Assembly (NCBI GenBank): GCA_963796685.1
Contig: CAWCMR010000013.1
Location: forward strand, 480,001-544,000
DNA length: 64,000 nucleotides
Direction: 5' to 3'
Origin: an uncultured delta proteobacterium
GTDB lineage: Bacteria; Myxococcota_A; Polyangia; Fen-1088
Shown: positions 17,390 through 27,231 of the stretch, piece after piece
Layout: each line of letters starts with the position of its first letter
Numbering within the stretch: position 1 is the stretch's first letter
Program-made: the position numbers and the translations under genes
The notes under the pieces: generated by a model
Told to the model about the DNA's origin: nothing
What the model saw: only the letters and a program-made list of their open reading frames with translations
Databases searched by the model: none

Positions 17390-19579
17390 TCACCCCGCCG
17401 CCTTCAGCGCCGGTGCCGTCGCCTCGCGCACCACCTCGCCGTGGCAGAGGGTGCGGTTGCGGCCGGCGTGCTTGGCGGCGTACAGGGCCTTGTCGGAGCA
17501 CGCGATGATGTCCTGCTTGGCCTTGCCGTCGTCGGGATAGACCGCCACGCCGATGGACAGGGTGGCCTTGAAGGGACCCTTGGCCGATTCGAAGGCTTGC
17601 GCCGAGACCTCTTCGCGGATGCGCTCGGCGAGCTGGCGTGCCCCGGCCCTGTCCGTGCCTTCCAGGACCAGAGCGAATTCCTCGCCGCCGTAGCGGGCCA
17701 CGATGTCGATCTTGCGCGCGCTGGCCTTCAAGATGGCGGCCACGCGCTTGAGCACGGCGTCGCCGACAGGGTGGCCGTAGGTGTCGTTGACCTTCTTGAA
17801 GTGGTCGATGTCGGTGAGCAGCATGGCCACGCGAAACTTGTGTCGGTCGGCGCGGCCGAGCATGGCCGAGAAGCGCTCTTGGAAGGTGCGGTGGTTGACC
17901 AGGCCGGTCAGGCCGTCGGTGGTCGCCTGCTCTTCCAGCGATTGCACCATGCGGCCGTTTTGCAGCGAGATGGCCACCTGGTTCGCCACCACGCCCAGCA
18001 TCTCGCGCCGATCGCTGGCGAACGCGCCCGGCCGCCGTGCCGCTACCGCGAAGGTACCCAGGACCTCGTCCTTGACTAGCAGAGGCAGCACGTAGAGCGA
18101 CTCGAAACCCTTGAGGCGCTCGCCAGCGTCGAAGATGTGCGTCTCGTGGTGGTCGCGCCATTCGCCGCTCGCGGGCAGGGCCAGCTTGTTCTTCACCACC
18201 ATGCTGGCGATGGACGTGGCGTCGCGATGTCGCGTGCCCGCCAGGTCATCGCCGCCCTCGCCCACCGCCACGTTGATGACATGGCCGCCATCACGCTTGT
18301 CGAATTCCGAAATGGCGACGAAGTCGAAATCGCACACGCCGCGCACGCCTTCGATGGCCGCGGCGTAGATCTCGTCGAGGGTCAGGGCGCGGTTGAGCGC
18401 GGTGGAGGCCTTGTAGAAGCGTTCGTGCTCGTGCTTGGAGCGCTCCACGGCCTGGAACACGCGCTCGGACTGCACGATGCGCATGATCTGCGCCGCCGCC
18501 GCCACGAACAGCTCGACCTCGGCCGCGGTGAAGGCCGGGCCGGTGGCGCGATCGCTGACCAGGAGACCGCGCAAGGTCTTGCCCTCGAAGATGGGCACGC
18601 CGACGAAGGCAGAGACTTCCTCCGGACCTTGGTAGTAAGGCAAGAGCGCCACCCTGGGCGACTCGATGGCGCACGGCCGGCCTTCCTTGAGCACGGCCGC
18701 GAACACCCCTGCGCGCGCCGACAGGGAGCCCTCGGCCAGGTTTTGCGCCGAGGTCGACAGCTCCTTGAGCTTGAGCTTCTCGCCGCTGCTGTCGAGCCAC
18801 AACAGGGCGCACGTCTTGAGACCCAGGGTTCGGCGCAGCAGCTCCACATTGTGAAAGAGCTGCTGGTGGATGGTCTCGATGGAGCCCTGCGAGAGCTTCT
18901 CTTCTTCCTCGGCCCGGGTGCGCAGGCGGCTCTCGGGGCCAAGACCGGGCGAGATGAGACGGAAATCGCGCGCCTCTTCGCGCATGGACAGGACCTCGTC
19001 TTCCAGGCGCTTGCGGTGCTCGCGGCGCTGGCGGGCCACCTCGGCGTGCAAGAACGACACGTTCAAGACGGCGAAGACCGCGATGAACCCGGCGTGCCCG
19101 GGGAACGCGGCGGCGGCACCGGGCGAGGCGCCGGCGCCGAAGGCCAAGACAGCCTCGAAGCCCAGCGCGGCCACGGCCAGCAGGGTGCCCGTCTTCAGGG
19201 GATGGAAGGTCACCAGGAAGCTGACCAGGGCATAGACCAGGGGGTAGATAGGCGACAGACTTCCGCCCAGCACGGACAGAAAGACATAGGTCGCGGACAA
19301 AAGCAGCAAGCCAAGCTCGACGTCCGAGAGCATCTCGCGCCGTGGGCTGCGCCGGCGCTCGCCCATGGACACACGCGCCGCCACCTTGATGGCCAGGGCG
19401 CCCGCGAGCAGCGCCGCCACCAGGGCGCGCGCGTAATCCGCGGAGGGTTGGCGCAAGTCCGGAAACCAGCCCTTCCACAAGAGCGCCACCACGCCGAACA
19501 CCAAGGCGATGCCCCACAGGGTGCGGAATGCACGCCGGAGCTCGAAGACCGCCCGCGCGCAGTGCTTTCGCACCTTCAT
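17390..19579 (-). CDS. dmxA: Membrane diguanylate cyclase TM-GAF-GAF-GGDEF (DmxA-like)
   Basis: N-terminal TMs, two GAF-like domains, intact GGEEF with RKID I-site; coupled to an ftsB-like gene as in M. xanthus. Confidence 0.8.
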   Translation of the reverse strand: MKVRKHCARAVFELRRAFRTLWGIALVFGVVALLWKGWFPDLRQPSADYARALVAALLAGALAIKVAARVSMGERRRSPRREMLSDVELGLLLLSATYVFLSVLGGSLSPIYPLVYALVSFLVTFHPLKTGTLLAVAALGFEAVLAFGAGASPGAAAAFPGHAGFIAVFAVLNVSFLHAEVARQRREHRKRLEDEVLSMREEARDFRLISPGLGPESRLRTRAEEEEKLSQGSIETIHQQLFHNVELLRRTLGLKTCALLWLDSSGEKLKLKELSTSAQNLAEGSLSARAGVFAAVLKEGRPCAIESPRVALLPYYQGPEEVSAFVGVPIFEGKTLRGLLVSDRATGPAFTAAEVELFVAAAAQIMRIVQSERVFQAVERSKHEHERFYKASTALNRALTLDEIYAAAIEGVRGVCDFDFVAISEFDKRDGGHVINVAVGEGGDDLAGTRHRDATSIASMVVKNKLALPASGEWRDHHETHIFDAGERLKGFESLYVLPLLVKDEVLGTFAVAARRPGAFASDRREMLGVVANQVAISLQNGRMVQSLEEQATTDGLTGLVNHRTFQERFSAMLGRADRHKFRVAMLLTDIDHFKKVNDTYGHPVGDAVLKRVAAILKASARKIDIVARYGGEEFALVLEGTDRAGARQLAERIREEVSAQAFESAKGPFKATLSIGVAVYPDDGKAKQDIIACSDKALYAAKHAGRNRTLCHGEVVREATAPALKAAG

Positions 19580-19891
19580 GGATTACGCCCCAGCTCGAAG
19601 ATCACCTCGCCCGGCTTGACCCACCCGAGGTCGGCGCGGGCCACGTTCTCCACCGCGCGCATGTCGGAACGTAGGGCCTCGGCCTCGCGGGCAAGGCGTT
19701 CATTTTCGGCCTGCAGACGCGCGTTTCGTGCTTCGGTCGTGACCAGATCGCGGCGCAGCCTGCAGGTAGCGGGCGACCCCCGACTGCGCGTAGTAGAGGT
19801 AGTAAGGCCCATAGCCGAAGGTCGCGGCCAGCACCGCCGCTGCCAGTCCTCGCAAAATCCATGCGTTTCGGATGCGACTCTTGCGACTCAT
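19576..19891 (-). CDS. ftsB: Septum formation initiator FtsB/DivIC, frameshifted near 19759
   Basis: TM (MSRKSR...YLQ) joins the coiled coil and VARADLGWVKPGEVIF when one extra G is removed. Confidence 0.8.
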
Positions 19892-19975
19892 GGGGGGGCT
19901 CGGCTTCCCAGTATCCGGGCGGCGCCCCTGGCCCGCAATTTTCTTGCTCGCGCGCCAGGACGCGGACGATGTAGG

Positions 19976-20740
19976 TCAAAACAGGAACGGCACCACGGCG
20001 CGTCGCGCGGGCGGGTAGTCGGCGAACTCTGCGCGGTACCAACGGTGGTGGTGAAGCGCGCGCGGCGCCAGGTTGGCCGCGGTCCACAGCGCGAAGAGCA
20101 AACCGCCTGGCGACCAGGTGGCCAGCGCGAAGCCCGTCCATTCGACCATCTCGCCGAGGTAGTTCGGGCAAGACACGAAACGAAAGAGCGGACCGCTCGG
20201 CAGGGCGTGCCCGCCGCCTGACGCGTGTCGCAGGCGGCGCAGGTCGCGATCGGCGAGGACGTGAACGCAGAAGCCGAATAGGAACAACAGGGCACCCACC
20301 CCGAACCGGGGGGAATCCAACCAGTCCACGGGGCGAGGATCGGCGAGATAGAACAACCACCGACCGTTGAGATACGCGTTCACGACGTTGAACAGCGCCC
20401 CCGACGTTATCACCAGCAACGGCATCGATCGCGACGTGGCGGGCAAGAGCAGCGGGAACAGGAAAGCACGGTAGAGGTAATGGAAGAGCCAGAGTCCCAG
20501 AAAGACCTCGGCCGTCGTGCCGAAGGGGCGCCGACCGAGCAAGAAATACACGACCATCAGAAGCGGTGACGGCGCTTCCATGAGCAGCCATGCCAGGCGC
20601 GCAGAGACGAGCGGTCCGAAGCCCGTGCGGCTGTGCCGGCCATAGGGCGCCGGTCGCCACAGCAAATACGGCACCATCGCGATGGCCAGGACGGCCCACG
20701 CCCACCCGAGGACGGTGTAGAAGCGCAGCTCGAAATTCAT
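19976..20740 (-). CDS. 3-oxo-5-alpha-steroid 4-dehydrogenase (steroid 5-alpha-reductase family)
   Basis: APYGRH, AWLLMEAPS, HYLYRA, VSCPNYLGEMVEWTG, NLAPRA..HHRWY motifs. Confidence 0.9.
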   Translation of the reverse strand: MNFELRFYTVLGWAWAVLAIAMVPYLLWRPAPYGRHSRTGFGPLVSARLAWLLMEAPSPLLMVVYFLLGRRPFGTTAEVFLGLWLFHYLYRAFLFPLLLPATSRSMPLLVITSGALFNVVNAYLNGRWLFYLADPRPVDWLDSPRFGVGALLFLFGFCVHVLADRDLRRLRHASGGGHALPSGPLFRFVSCPNYLGEMVEWTGFALATWSPGGLLFALWTAANLAPRALHHHRWYRAEFADYPPARRAVVPFLF

Positions 20741-21726
20741 ATCCAGCCCTGGGTTTTCATCCAGGCGCAGGTGTCGCGCAAGGTCTCATCGATGGCCCGC
20801 GGCCGGTAACCGAGCTCGACGTTGGCCTTGTGGCAACTGGCCGGAGGCTGGGTGCGCAAAACGCGAAGAGATTCGGAGGTGAACAAGGGCCGCTGCCCGC
20901 GCCAGCGCGCCCAAAGCGGTGCGAAAGGAGCGGCCAGTCTTGCAAGGCCCATGGACACCACCCAGCGCGGCTCCGGGCGGCCCGTGACGCTCGCCCATCG
21001 TCGCGCCAGCTCCACCAGGGACAGCCGCGTGCCCGACAAGATGTAGCGCTCGCCGCAGCGCCCGTCGTGCTCGGCCGCCAGCGCGCCCGCCACCACGTCG
21101 CGGACATCCACGAAGTCGCAGTAGCTGCCAGCCACGAGGGCGGGCAACTTGCCTCGCCCGAGAGCCGCCAGGACCTCACCCATGGGCGAGCGTTGAAAAT
21201 CCAACGGACCGATGACCGCGGTGGGATTGACGACGACCGCGTTCAGCCCGCGGCCAGCCGCGCCCAGGACAAGACGCTCTGCCTCGGCTTTGGCATGGTC
21301 ATAGGCGCCCCGCGACCCGTCCTCTGGCGTGACGAGGTCGCAGCTTTCGTCGATCGAATCTTTGCCCGAAAGCGCTTGTATCGAGCTGAAATGGACCAAC
21401 CGCTTCACCCCCCCGGCAAGACATGCCTCCACGACGTTGCCAGTTCCGGTCACGTTGACGGTCCTCACCTCTGCGTCCTGCTCCCACCCTGCCGAGACCT
21501 TGCCAGCCAGATGAAAGACCGTGCCCGCGCCACGGCAGACCCGCAGCACAGCTTCGCGATCGAGCAGATCCGCGCGCTCGACGTCGAACGACAGACCATC
21601 GATCGAGGTGGTGTTCTTGTGGACCAGAACCCGCACCTTTCGCCCACGGTCGAGCAGCGCCCGCACTAGATTCGCCCCGATGTGTCCCGAAGCGCCCGTC
21701 ACCACCGCGGGAAGGTCTTCGCTCAA
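20737..21726 (-). CDS. Extended SDR, NAD-dependent epimerase/dehydratase (3-beta-HSD/HpnA/DFR-like)
   Basis: TGASGHIG, HFSS, YDHAK; ATGA overlap with the downstream reductase. Confidence 0.88.
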   Translation of the reverse strand: MSEDLPAVVTGASGHIGANLVRALLDRGRKVRVLVHKNTTSIDGLSFDVERADLLDREAVLRVCRGAGTVFHLAGKVSAGWEQDAEVRTVNVTGTGNVVEACLAGGVKRLVHFSSIQALSGKDSIDESCDLVTPEDGSRGAYDHAKAEAERLVLGAAGRGLNAVVVNPTAVIGPLDFQRSPMGEVLAALGRGKLPALVAGSYCDFVDVRDVVAGALAAEHDGRCGERYILSGTRLSLVELARRWASVTGRPEPRWVVSMGLARLAAPFAPLWARWRGQRPLFTSESLRVLRTQPPASCHKANVELGYRPRAIDETLRDTCAWMKTQGWI

Positions 21727-21762
21727 GAGCTGGCCTCCGTGTCCTCAGTTTACTTTTTGCTC

Positions 21763-24008
21763 TCAGCTTTTCTTGAGCAGCGCAAGGACCGCGTCCTTGG
21801 CGCACTTGTCGCAGTAGCCGAAACGCTGCTTGAGGTTGTCGAGCGTGGTGCGTACGGCGGTCACCGCGTCGGGCAGCATCTGGTCGGGTCCGTCCACGAG
21901 GTAGATCAGCAAATCCTGATTGATGCGGGTGACCTGCCGCTTGCGCTCGGAGAAGAAGGACTCGCGCAGATCGGAGATCGGGCGGGGGAAGATGCGTTCG
22001 TAGTCGGGCCGCTTACCGGGATTGTCGAGCGACCACGCCCCGATCTTGCTGATGACCTCACCGCGAAAATCGGCAGGCGCCACCCCGCTCGACCGCACGC
22101 CCAGCAAACGCTCGACATCGGCCATGAATTCCTGGTCGGGATCCTCATCGACGCCGGTGAGTGGATTGGGAACCTTCTCGTGCTTCACCCAATACGACAC
22201 GTGGGTGACGTAGCGCTCGAAGTGTTCGATGTAGCGGCGTTCTTCCACCAAGCCCATGGAGATGCGGACCTCATCCGCGATCTTGGCCAGCATGCGATCC
22301 CGCACCTTTTCGACGAAGGCGGCGTTCTCGTGGTAGCCACCTGGGGCGGCCGGCTGGCGCAGAAACTCGTAGACCGTGGTGGCGCGCACCAGCTCCTCCA
22401 GCTCTTCCAACACGGCGAAGGGCGAGGTGCAGGCGTATTGGGAGTTCTGGGCCGCGTTCATGAGCACCAGCTTCATCTCGCGTGGCGAGGCGCCACCGCG
22501 GCCCTCGTAGTTCATCTCGCTGTCCGTCTCGCGCGCGATGGTCTCGACCGCCGCCATCAGCTCCCGGTGCTCTTCGTGCGAGAAGGTGTCGCTGCCTTCC
22601 CCGCAGTAGAGCAGCGCCTTCTCCATCGGGCCCAGGCGCGCGATGAGGTTGGACAGCCGGCCGCTGTACTTGTCGAGCTGCGGGCGGCGCAGGCGGGTGA
22701 GCACGGCCCACATGGCGGCCACCCAGGTGACGTGCGGGGCGATGTGCCGGTCGCCTCCCATCGCGATTCCGCGCGCGACATGTTCGTCGTAGATCTGTTT
22801 CTCGACGCGCACGTCGAGCAGGTAAGGCGCACGCACGAGCCCATCCGGCCCTTGAACGACTGGAACTCGGGGACTTCCTTGAAGGCAGCCAGAAAGCTTT
22901 CGTTCGAGGTTGCGAAGAAGACCGTGTCGACCTCGAGGGTGCCGAAATCGAGCGAGGTGGTTCCGTTCTCGACCACGCCCAGCAGATACTTCCAGGATTC
23001 GAAGGGCCGCTTGAGCAGATCCTCGAAATCCAGCATGCCCCGGTTGGCGTCCACGAGCTCGCCCTGCATCTCGAACAGGGACACGGTCTGCAGAACCGAC
23101 GGCAGGGCGGACAGCGAGCGATCCATGGAAAGCTGGCGCGTGCGTACGTCCACCGCCATCTGCGGCTCGACGGTGGCCAGGGACTGCCGGTAACGACGGG
23201 AAATGAAGAATCGTTCGACCTGCACGTGACGCAACACCCGGCCGAGATCGCCATGGTTGGCGGTCAGCAAGGCCTCGAAGATCTGGCGGTTGCGGTGCGA
23301 CAGGTCGCCGTCGATGAGCGTGCGCGCGGGACGAAAGCCACCGGCGATTTCTTCGGCCAGATGGGTGCCCACGAGCTCTCGTCGCTTGTCGCGCGGCAGA
23401 AGCAGCAGAGGGTGGTCGCGCAGCTCGTCGCTGATCTTGGCCTCGATGAGATCCTCGTCGAGGTAGGCGTAGGTCTCGGCATCGGCGACGACGCCCTGCC
23501 CACCCCCGAATCCAATGCCACCTTTGCTGACGTTCTGGACGGGAAAGATCCAGTTGAAGCGGTAAAGCGCGCCTTCTTCCAGATGGGAATAGTGCTCCAA
23601 GGCGCGTTCGATGCACGCGACGACCGTCGATTTGGCGCTGCCGTTCGGGCCATGAAGCAGGGTCAGACGATTGGTTCGCCCTTCGCGCGCGAAATTGGAG
23701 ATCAGACGATAGATTGCCCCCTGCACTTCCTCTTGCCCACGCAGGGAATCCTTGCCGTCATCCCACGGGCAATCGAACAGGCAGAAGCGTGTGGTCTCGC
23801 CACGCGGCCCGCGCACCTGGACGGTGCCAAAGTGGTCGAAGACGTCGCGAAGGTAGTGCGCCGCCGAACGAGCTTGCCTGGCCATGTCCTTGTGGAGCAG
23901 GCCGATGTACTCGGCGTAGGACATGACGCGCCGAGTGCGCGCGAATCCGTCGCGCATCTCGGCCGAAAGTTGACCGAGCCAACCCTTGGCATCGAATTCT
24001 GGCATCAT
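21763..24008 (-). CDS. prkA: PrkA/YeaG-family AAA Ser protein kinase, frameshifted near 22841
   Basis: Walker A HGPNGSAKST, GELVDANRG, C-terminal GASPRE and GYCDKCA; halves join at ATG-GG-CTC (one base missing). Confidence 0.85.
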
Positions 24009-24087
24009 CCGCCAAGGGATCGTAGCACGAGCCGAGACCGTCGAGTGTATTCCCAGGGGAGGCAAGGCACGGTATAGAAGCAGAACC

Positions 24088-24825
24088 ATGCAGTTAGCTT
24101 CACATCCGGTTTGGCGCCGCCGGCTCTTGGTTGGCGCCTGTCTTTCCGCTTCTTTGGCGATGGCGCTTGTCGCCGACGCCGTGCGTGCCAACCCGGCGAA
24201 GAAGGCCGCCACCAAGGCAGGCTCGGCCGCAGCCCGAGAAGGCGCCGAGCCTTCATCCCCCGCGCCATCTCGGCCACCGCCGGGATCGAGCCCCATGGCC
24301 GACCTCAAGAAGTCGAACGCGGCCCTGAAGAAGCTCTTCCAGAAGTGGGCACCCTCCTGGTCGCCCGAGCAGGACGCCAGGCGCTCCGAGATGCACAAGA
24401 TCGTGAACGGCTTCCTCGATTTCGAGGAGTTGGCGCATCGCGCCCTGGCGCACCATTGGGATGAGATTACTCCCAAACAGAGAACCGAGTTCGTCGGTGT
24501 TCTGCGCGACCTCATCGAGCGCAACTACATCAGACAGGTGCATGGCCAGCCCAACTACGACCTTCGTTTCCGCAAGGAGACCATCACCGACGGCGAAGCG
24601 ACCGTGAACGCGACCTTGGACTCTTCCTCCGATGGCAAGAAGGTCACCGTCGAGATGGAGTACAAGCTCCTCTACAAGAACGGAAAGTGGCTCGTCTACG
24701 ACGTGGTCACCGACGAGCAGAGCATGCTCGAGAACTACCGGGCGGAATTCAACAAGATCATCACCAAGGAATCCTTCGATGCCCTTCTCAAGCGTATGAA
24801 GAAACGCCTGGAGAAGACCGACTAG
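24088..24825 (+). CDS. MlaC/Ttg2D family phospholipid-binding periplasmic protein
   Basis: Signal peptide; DFEELAHRALAHHW; WLVYDVVTDEQSMLENYRAEF. Confidence 0.88.
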   Translation: MQLASHPVWRRRLLVGACLSASLAMALVADAVRANPAKKAATKAGSAAAREGAEPSSPAPSRPPPGSSPMADLKKSNAALKKLFQKWAPSWSPEQDARRSEMHKIVNGFLDFEELAHRALAHHWDEITPKQRTEFVGVLRDLIERNYIRQVHGQPNYDLRFRKETITDGEATVNATLDSSSDGKKVTVEMEYKLLYKNGKWLVYDVVTDEQSMLENYRAEFNKIITKESFDALLKRMKKRLEKTD

Positions 24826-24858
24826 TCTGGTTCATGGTGTGAGAGAATCCCGGCCAAC

Positions 24859-25827
24859 GTGAACGTGAAACGGATCTTCCCCGCACCCGCCATCGCAACT
24901 GCGGTCGCGCTTGCGATCTTCGCAGGGGGTGGAATCTCGCTGGCCCAGCCCAGGGCGCAGGCAGAGCCCTCGGCGGCGCAGGCTCAACCGGTCGCTGCCC
25001 CCCCGCCGGCCGCGCCGGTTCCGCTCGCGCCGGCATCACCCCTGCCGACCGCCGCGCCCACGACCATCCCGGCGCCGCCGGTGGCACCCGTGCCACCGCC
25101 CTCGGCACACGGTGGTGTGATGGCGGCGCGCGTGGCCATCAGCGAATTCAAGGTCGAGGGCGACGGCGCGTCGCCCGCCCTGGCCATGCAACTGCAGGAC
25201 GGGTTCGTGGTGGGCGTGACCCGCACCGCCCCCATCTACGTCCTCGACTCGGTGGACGTGGCCCGTTACATGGACACCTTCCCCGAGCTGCAGAAGTGCG
25301 ACGGCTCGATCTGCATCAAACGCTTCGGGCAGCTGCTCGACGTGAGCCACCTCATCCGGGTATCGGTCAAGGTGACGGGCAACACCTACGCCATGACCGC
25401 CCGCCTGCTCAGCACCGAGGATCCGACCCCGGCCATCGTTCCGGTGGACACGGAGACGCGCTTCTGCAACGTGTGCACCGTGGATGAAGCACGGCAGAAG
25501 ATGATTCAGCTCGGCGACGAGGTGAAGAAGCCGGTCGAGAGCTGGCTCGCCACCTGGCGGCCCCCGCCGCCGCCGCCCCCGCCGCCGAAATCCTGGCGAC
25601 GCCCCATCGCCGCCGTAGGTCTTGCCCTCGGCTTCGCCACCGCGGTGACGGGTGGAGCCATCTTTGCGAATGCCAACAGCACCGGGCACCGCTGGCAGCC
25701 GGGTGTGGGCGGCCTGCTCCTCGGACTTGGCGTCAGTGCCACGGTACTCGGCTGCTATGTGCTCGTCGCCTTGCCAGCCGAGCCGGGCAAGACGCCCGCC
25801 AGCCTCGCCGTGGGCGCCAAGTTCTAG
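24859..25827 (+). CDS. Secreted/membrane hypothetical protein (C-x4-C / C-x2-C domain, poly-Pro, two hydrophobic segments, ends GAKF)
   Basis: Signal peptide; CDGSIC and CNVC; same architecture as 4163-5047. Confidence 0.7.
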   Translation: MNVKRIFPAPAIATAVALAIFAGGGISLAQPRAQAEPSAAQAQPVAAPPPAAPVPLAPASPLPTAAPTTIPAPPVAPVPPPSAHGGVMAARVAISEFKVEGDGASPALAMQLQDGFVVGVTRTAPIYVLDSVDVARYMDTFPELQKCDGSICIKRFGQLLDVSHLIRVSVKVTGNTYAMTARLLSTEDPTPAIVPVDTETRFCNVCTVDEARQKMIQLGDEVKKPVESWLATWRPPPPPPPPPKSWRRPIAAVGLALGFATAVTGGAIFANANSTGHRWQPGVGGLLLGLGVSATVLGCYVLVALPAEPGKTPASLAVGAKF

Positions 25828-25878
25828 GTCTTTCACACAGTCCACCGGAGCCTTCCGGCGTAAGGCCTCCGCGCGCGG

Positions 25879-27231
25879 TTACTTCAAGTTGGCGCCCAGG
25901 GCCTGCAGGATTTCCGCGAAGGTCGGGAAGGAGGTGGCGATGTCTTCGCTTGGGACCGTGGTTTCCTCGTCGGAGAGCAGGCCAAGCACGGCCCCGGCCA
26001 TGGCGATACGGTGGTCGCGCTCGGGCAGGACGCGCCCACCCTTGGGGGCGGCCAGCCCGCCAGTCCCCGTCACGCAGAACCCCGTGCTCGTCTGCTCGAC
26101 TTCGATCCCCGCCCGCAGAAGCTCGCGCGAGATGGAGGCTATGCGGTCCGATTCCTTCACGCGCAGCTCGCCCACGTCGGCAAACTCGGAGCGCCCCTGA
26201 GCGAGCGCGCAAGCCACGGCCAAGGCGGGGATTTCATCGATCGAGCGCAGGGCCAGCTCTCCCGCGATGCGCACCGCGCGCAGCGGGCCGGCCCAGCGCA
26301 GGCGCACGCGTCCCACCGGTTCGCCCATGGCCTCCGAGGACTGCGCCACTTCGATGTTCGCGCCCATCTCGCGCAAGACGTCCAACACGCCGGTGCGGGT
26401 CGGGTTGAGGCCGACGTGGTCCACGGTGACGTCGCTGCTGGGGACGATGGCGGCGGCCACCAGCAGGAAGGCCGCGGAGGAAAGATCGCCGGGTACCTCC
26501 ATGGCCGAGGCCGACAGGTCCCCATTCCACCCCGTGGGATCCACGACAATCCGGTGGCTTGTCGGCTCGGCGGTGATGGGTGCGCCGAGAAACCGCAACA
26601 TCCGTTCGGTGTGGTCGCGCGAGAGTCCGGGCTCCTCGATGCACGTCCTCCCTGTTGCTTGTAGCCCGGCCAGCACGAGCGCGCTCTTGAGTTGGGCGCT
26701 GGCAACGGGCAAGGCGTAGTCGATTCCGCGCAGGTTTCCACCCGCGATCGACAAGGGAGGAAGCAAGCGCTCGGGTCGTTCGGGGTCGGACTGTCCGTCG
26801 ACACGCGCCCCCATGAGGCGCAGCGGTTTGGCCACGCGCCCCATCGGGCGCCGCGACAGAGAGGGATCGCCGGTGAGCGTGGTCTCGAACGGCCGCCCGG
26901 CCAGAAGCCCGCAGAACAGCCGCATGGTGGTGCCCGAGTTGCCGCAGTCGAGCGCGGCCTTCGCTTCGTGCAGACCCGAAAAACCTCTCCCGTCGACCAA
27001 GGCGCTGGAACCGGACACGTGCACCGCGACCCCGAGAGCCCGCAAGGCCGAGGCCGTCGAGGCATTGTCGCCGCCCAAGCCCATGCCGCGAATCTCGACT
27101 GGCCCTCGGCAGAGCGCTCCGAAAAGCAGGGCACGGTGGGAGATGGACTTGTCGCCAGGTACGCTGCACACTCCGCGCAAAGCCGGGCTGTGCCCGACGC
27201 GCAGGATGCCTTGGGCCGTGCTGTCGGTCAT
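25879..27231 (-). CDS. aroA: 3-phosphoshikimate 1-carboxyvinyltransferase
   Basis: PGDKSISHRA, DCGNSGTTMR, SAQLKSA, RDHTERML, ELRVKESDRI, DHRIAM. Confidence 0.97.
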   Translation of the reverse strand: MTDSTAQGILRVGHSPALRGVCSVPGDKSISHRALLFGALCRGPVEIRGMGLGGDNASTASALRALGVAVHVSGSSALVDGRGFSGLHEAKAALDCGNSGTTMRLFCGLLAGRPFETTLTGDPSLSRRPMGRVAKPLRLMGARVDGQSDPERPERLLPPLSIAGGNLRGIDYALPVASAQLKSALVLAGLQATGRTCIEEPGLSRDHTERMLRFLGAPITAEPTSHRIVVDPTGWNGDLSASAMEVPGDLSSAAFLLVAAAIVPSSDVTVDHVGLNPTRTGVLDVLREMGANIEVAQSSEAMGEPVGRVRLRWAGPLRAVRIAGELALRSIDEIPALAVACALAQGRSEFADVGELRVKESDRIASISRELLRAGIEVEQTSTGFCVTGTGGLAAPKGGRVLPERDHRIAMAGAVLGLLSDEETTVPSEDIATSFPTFAEILQALGANLK

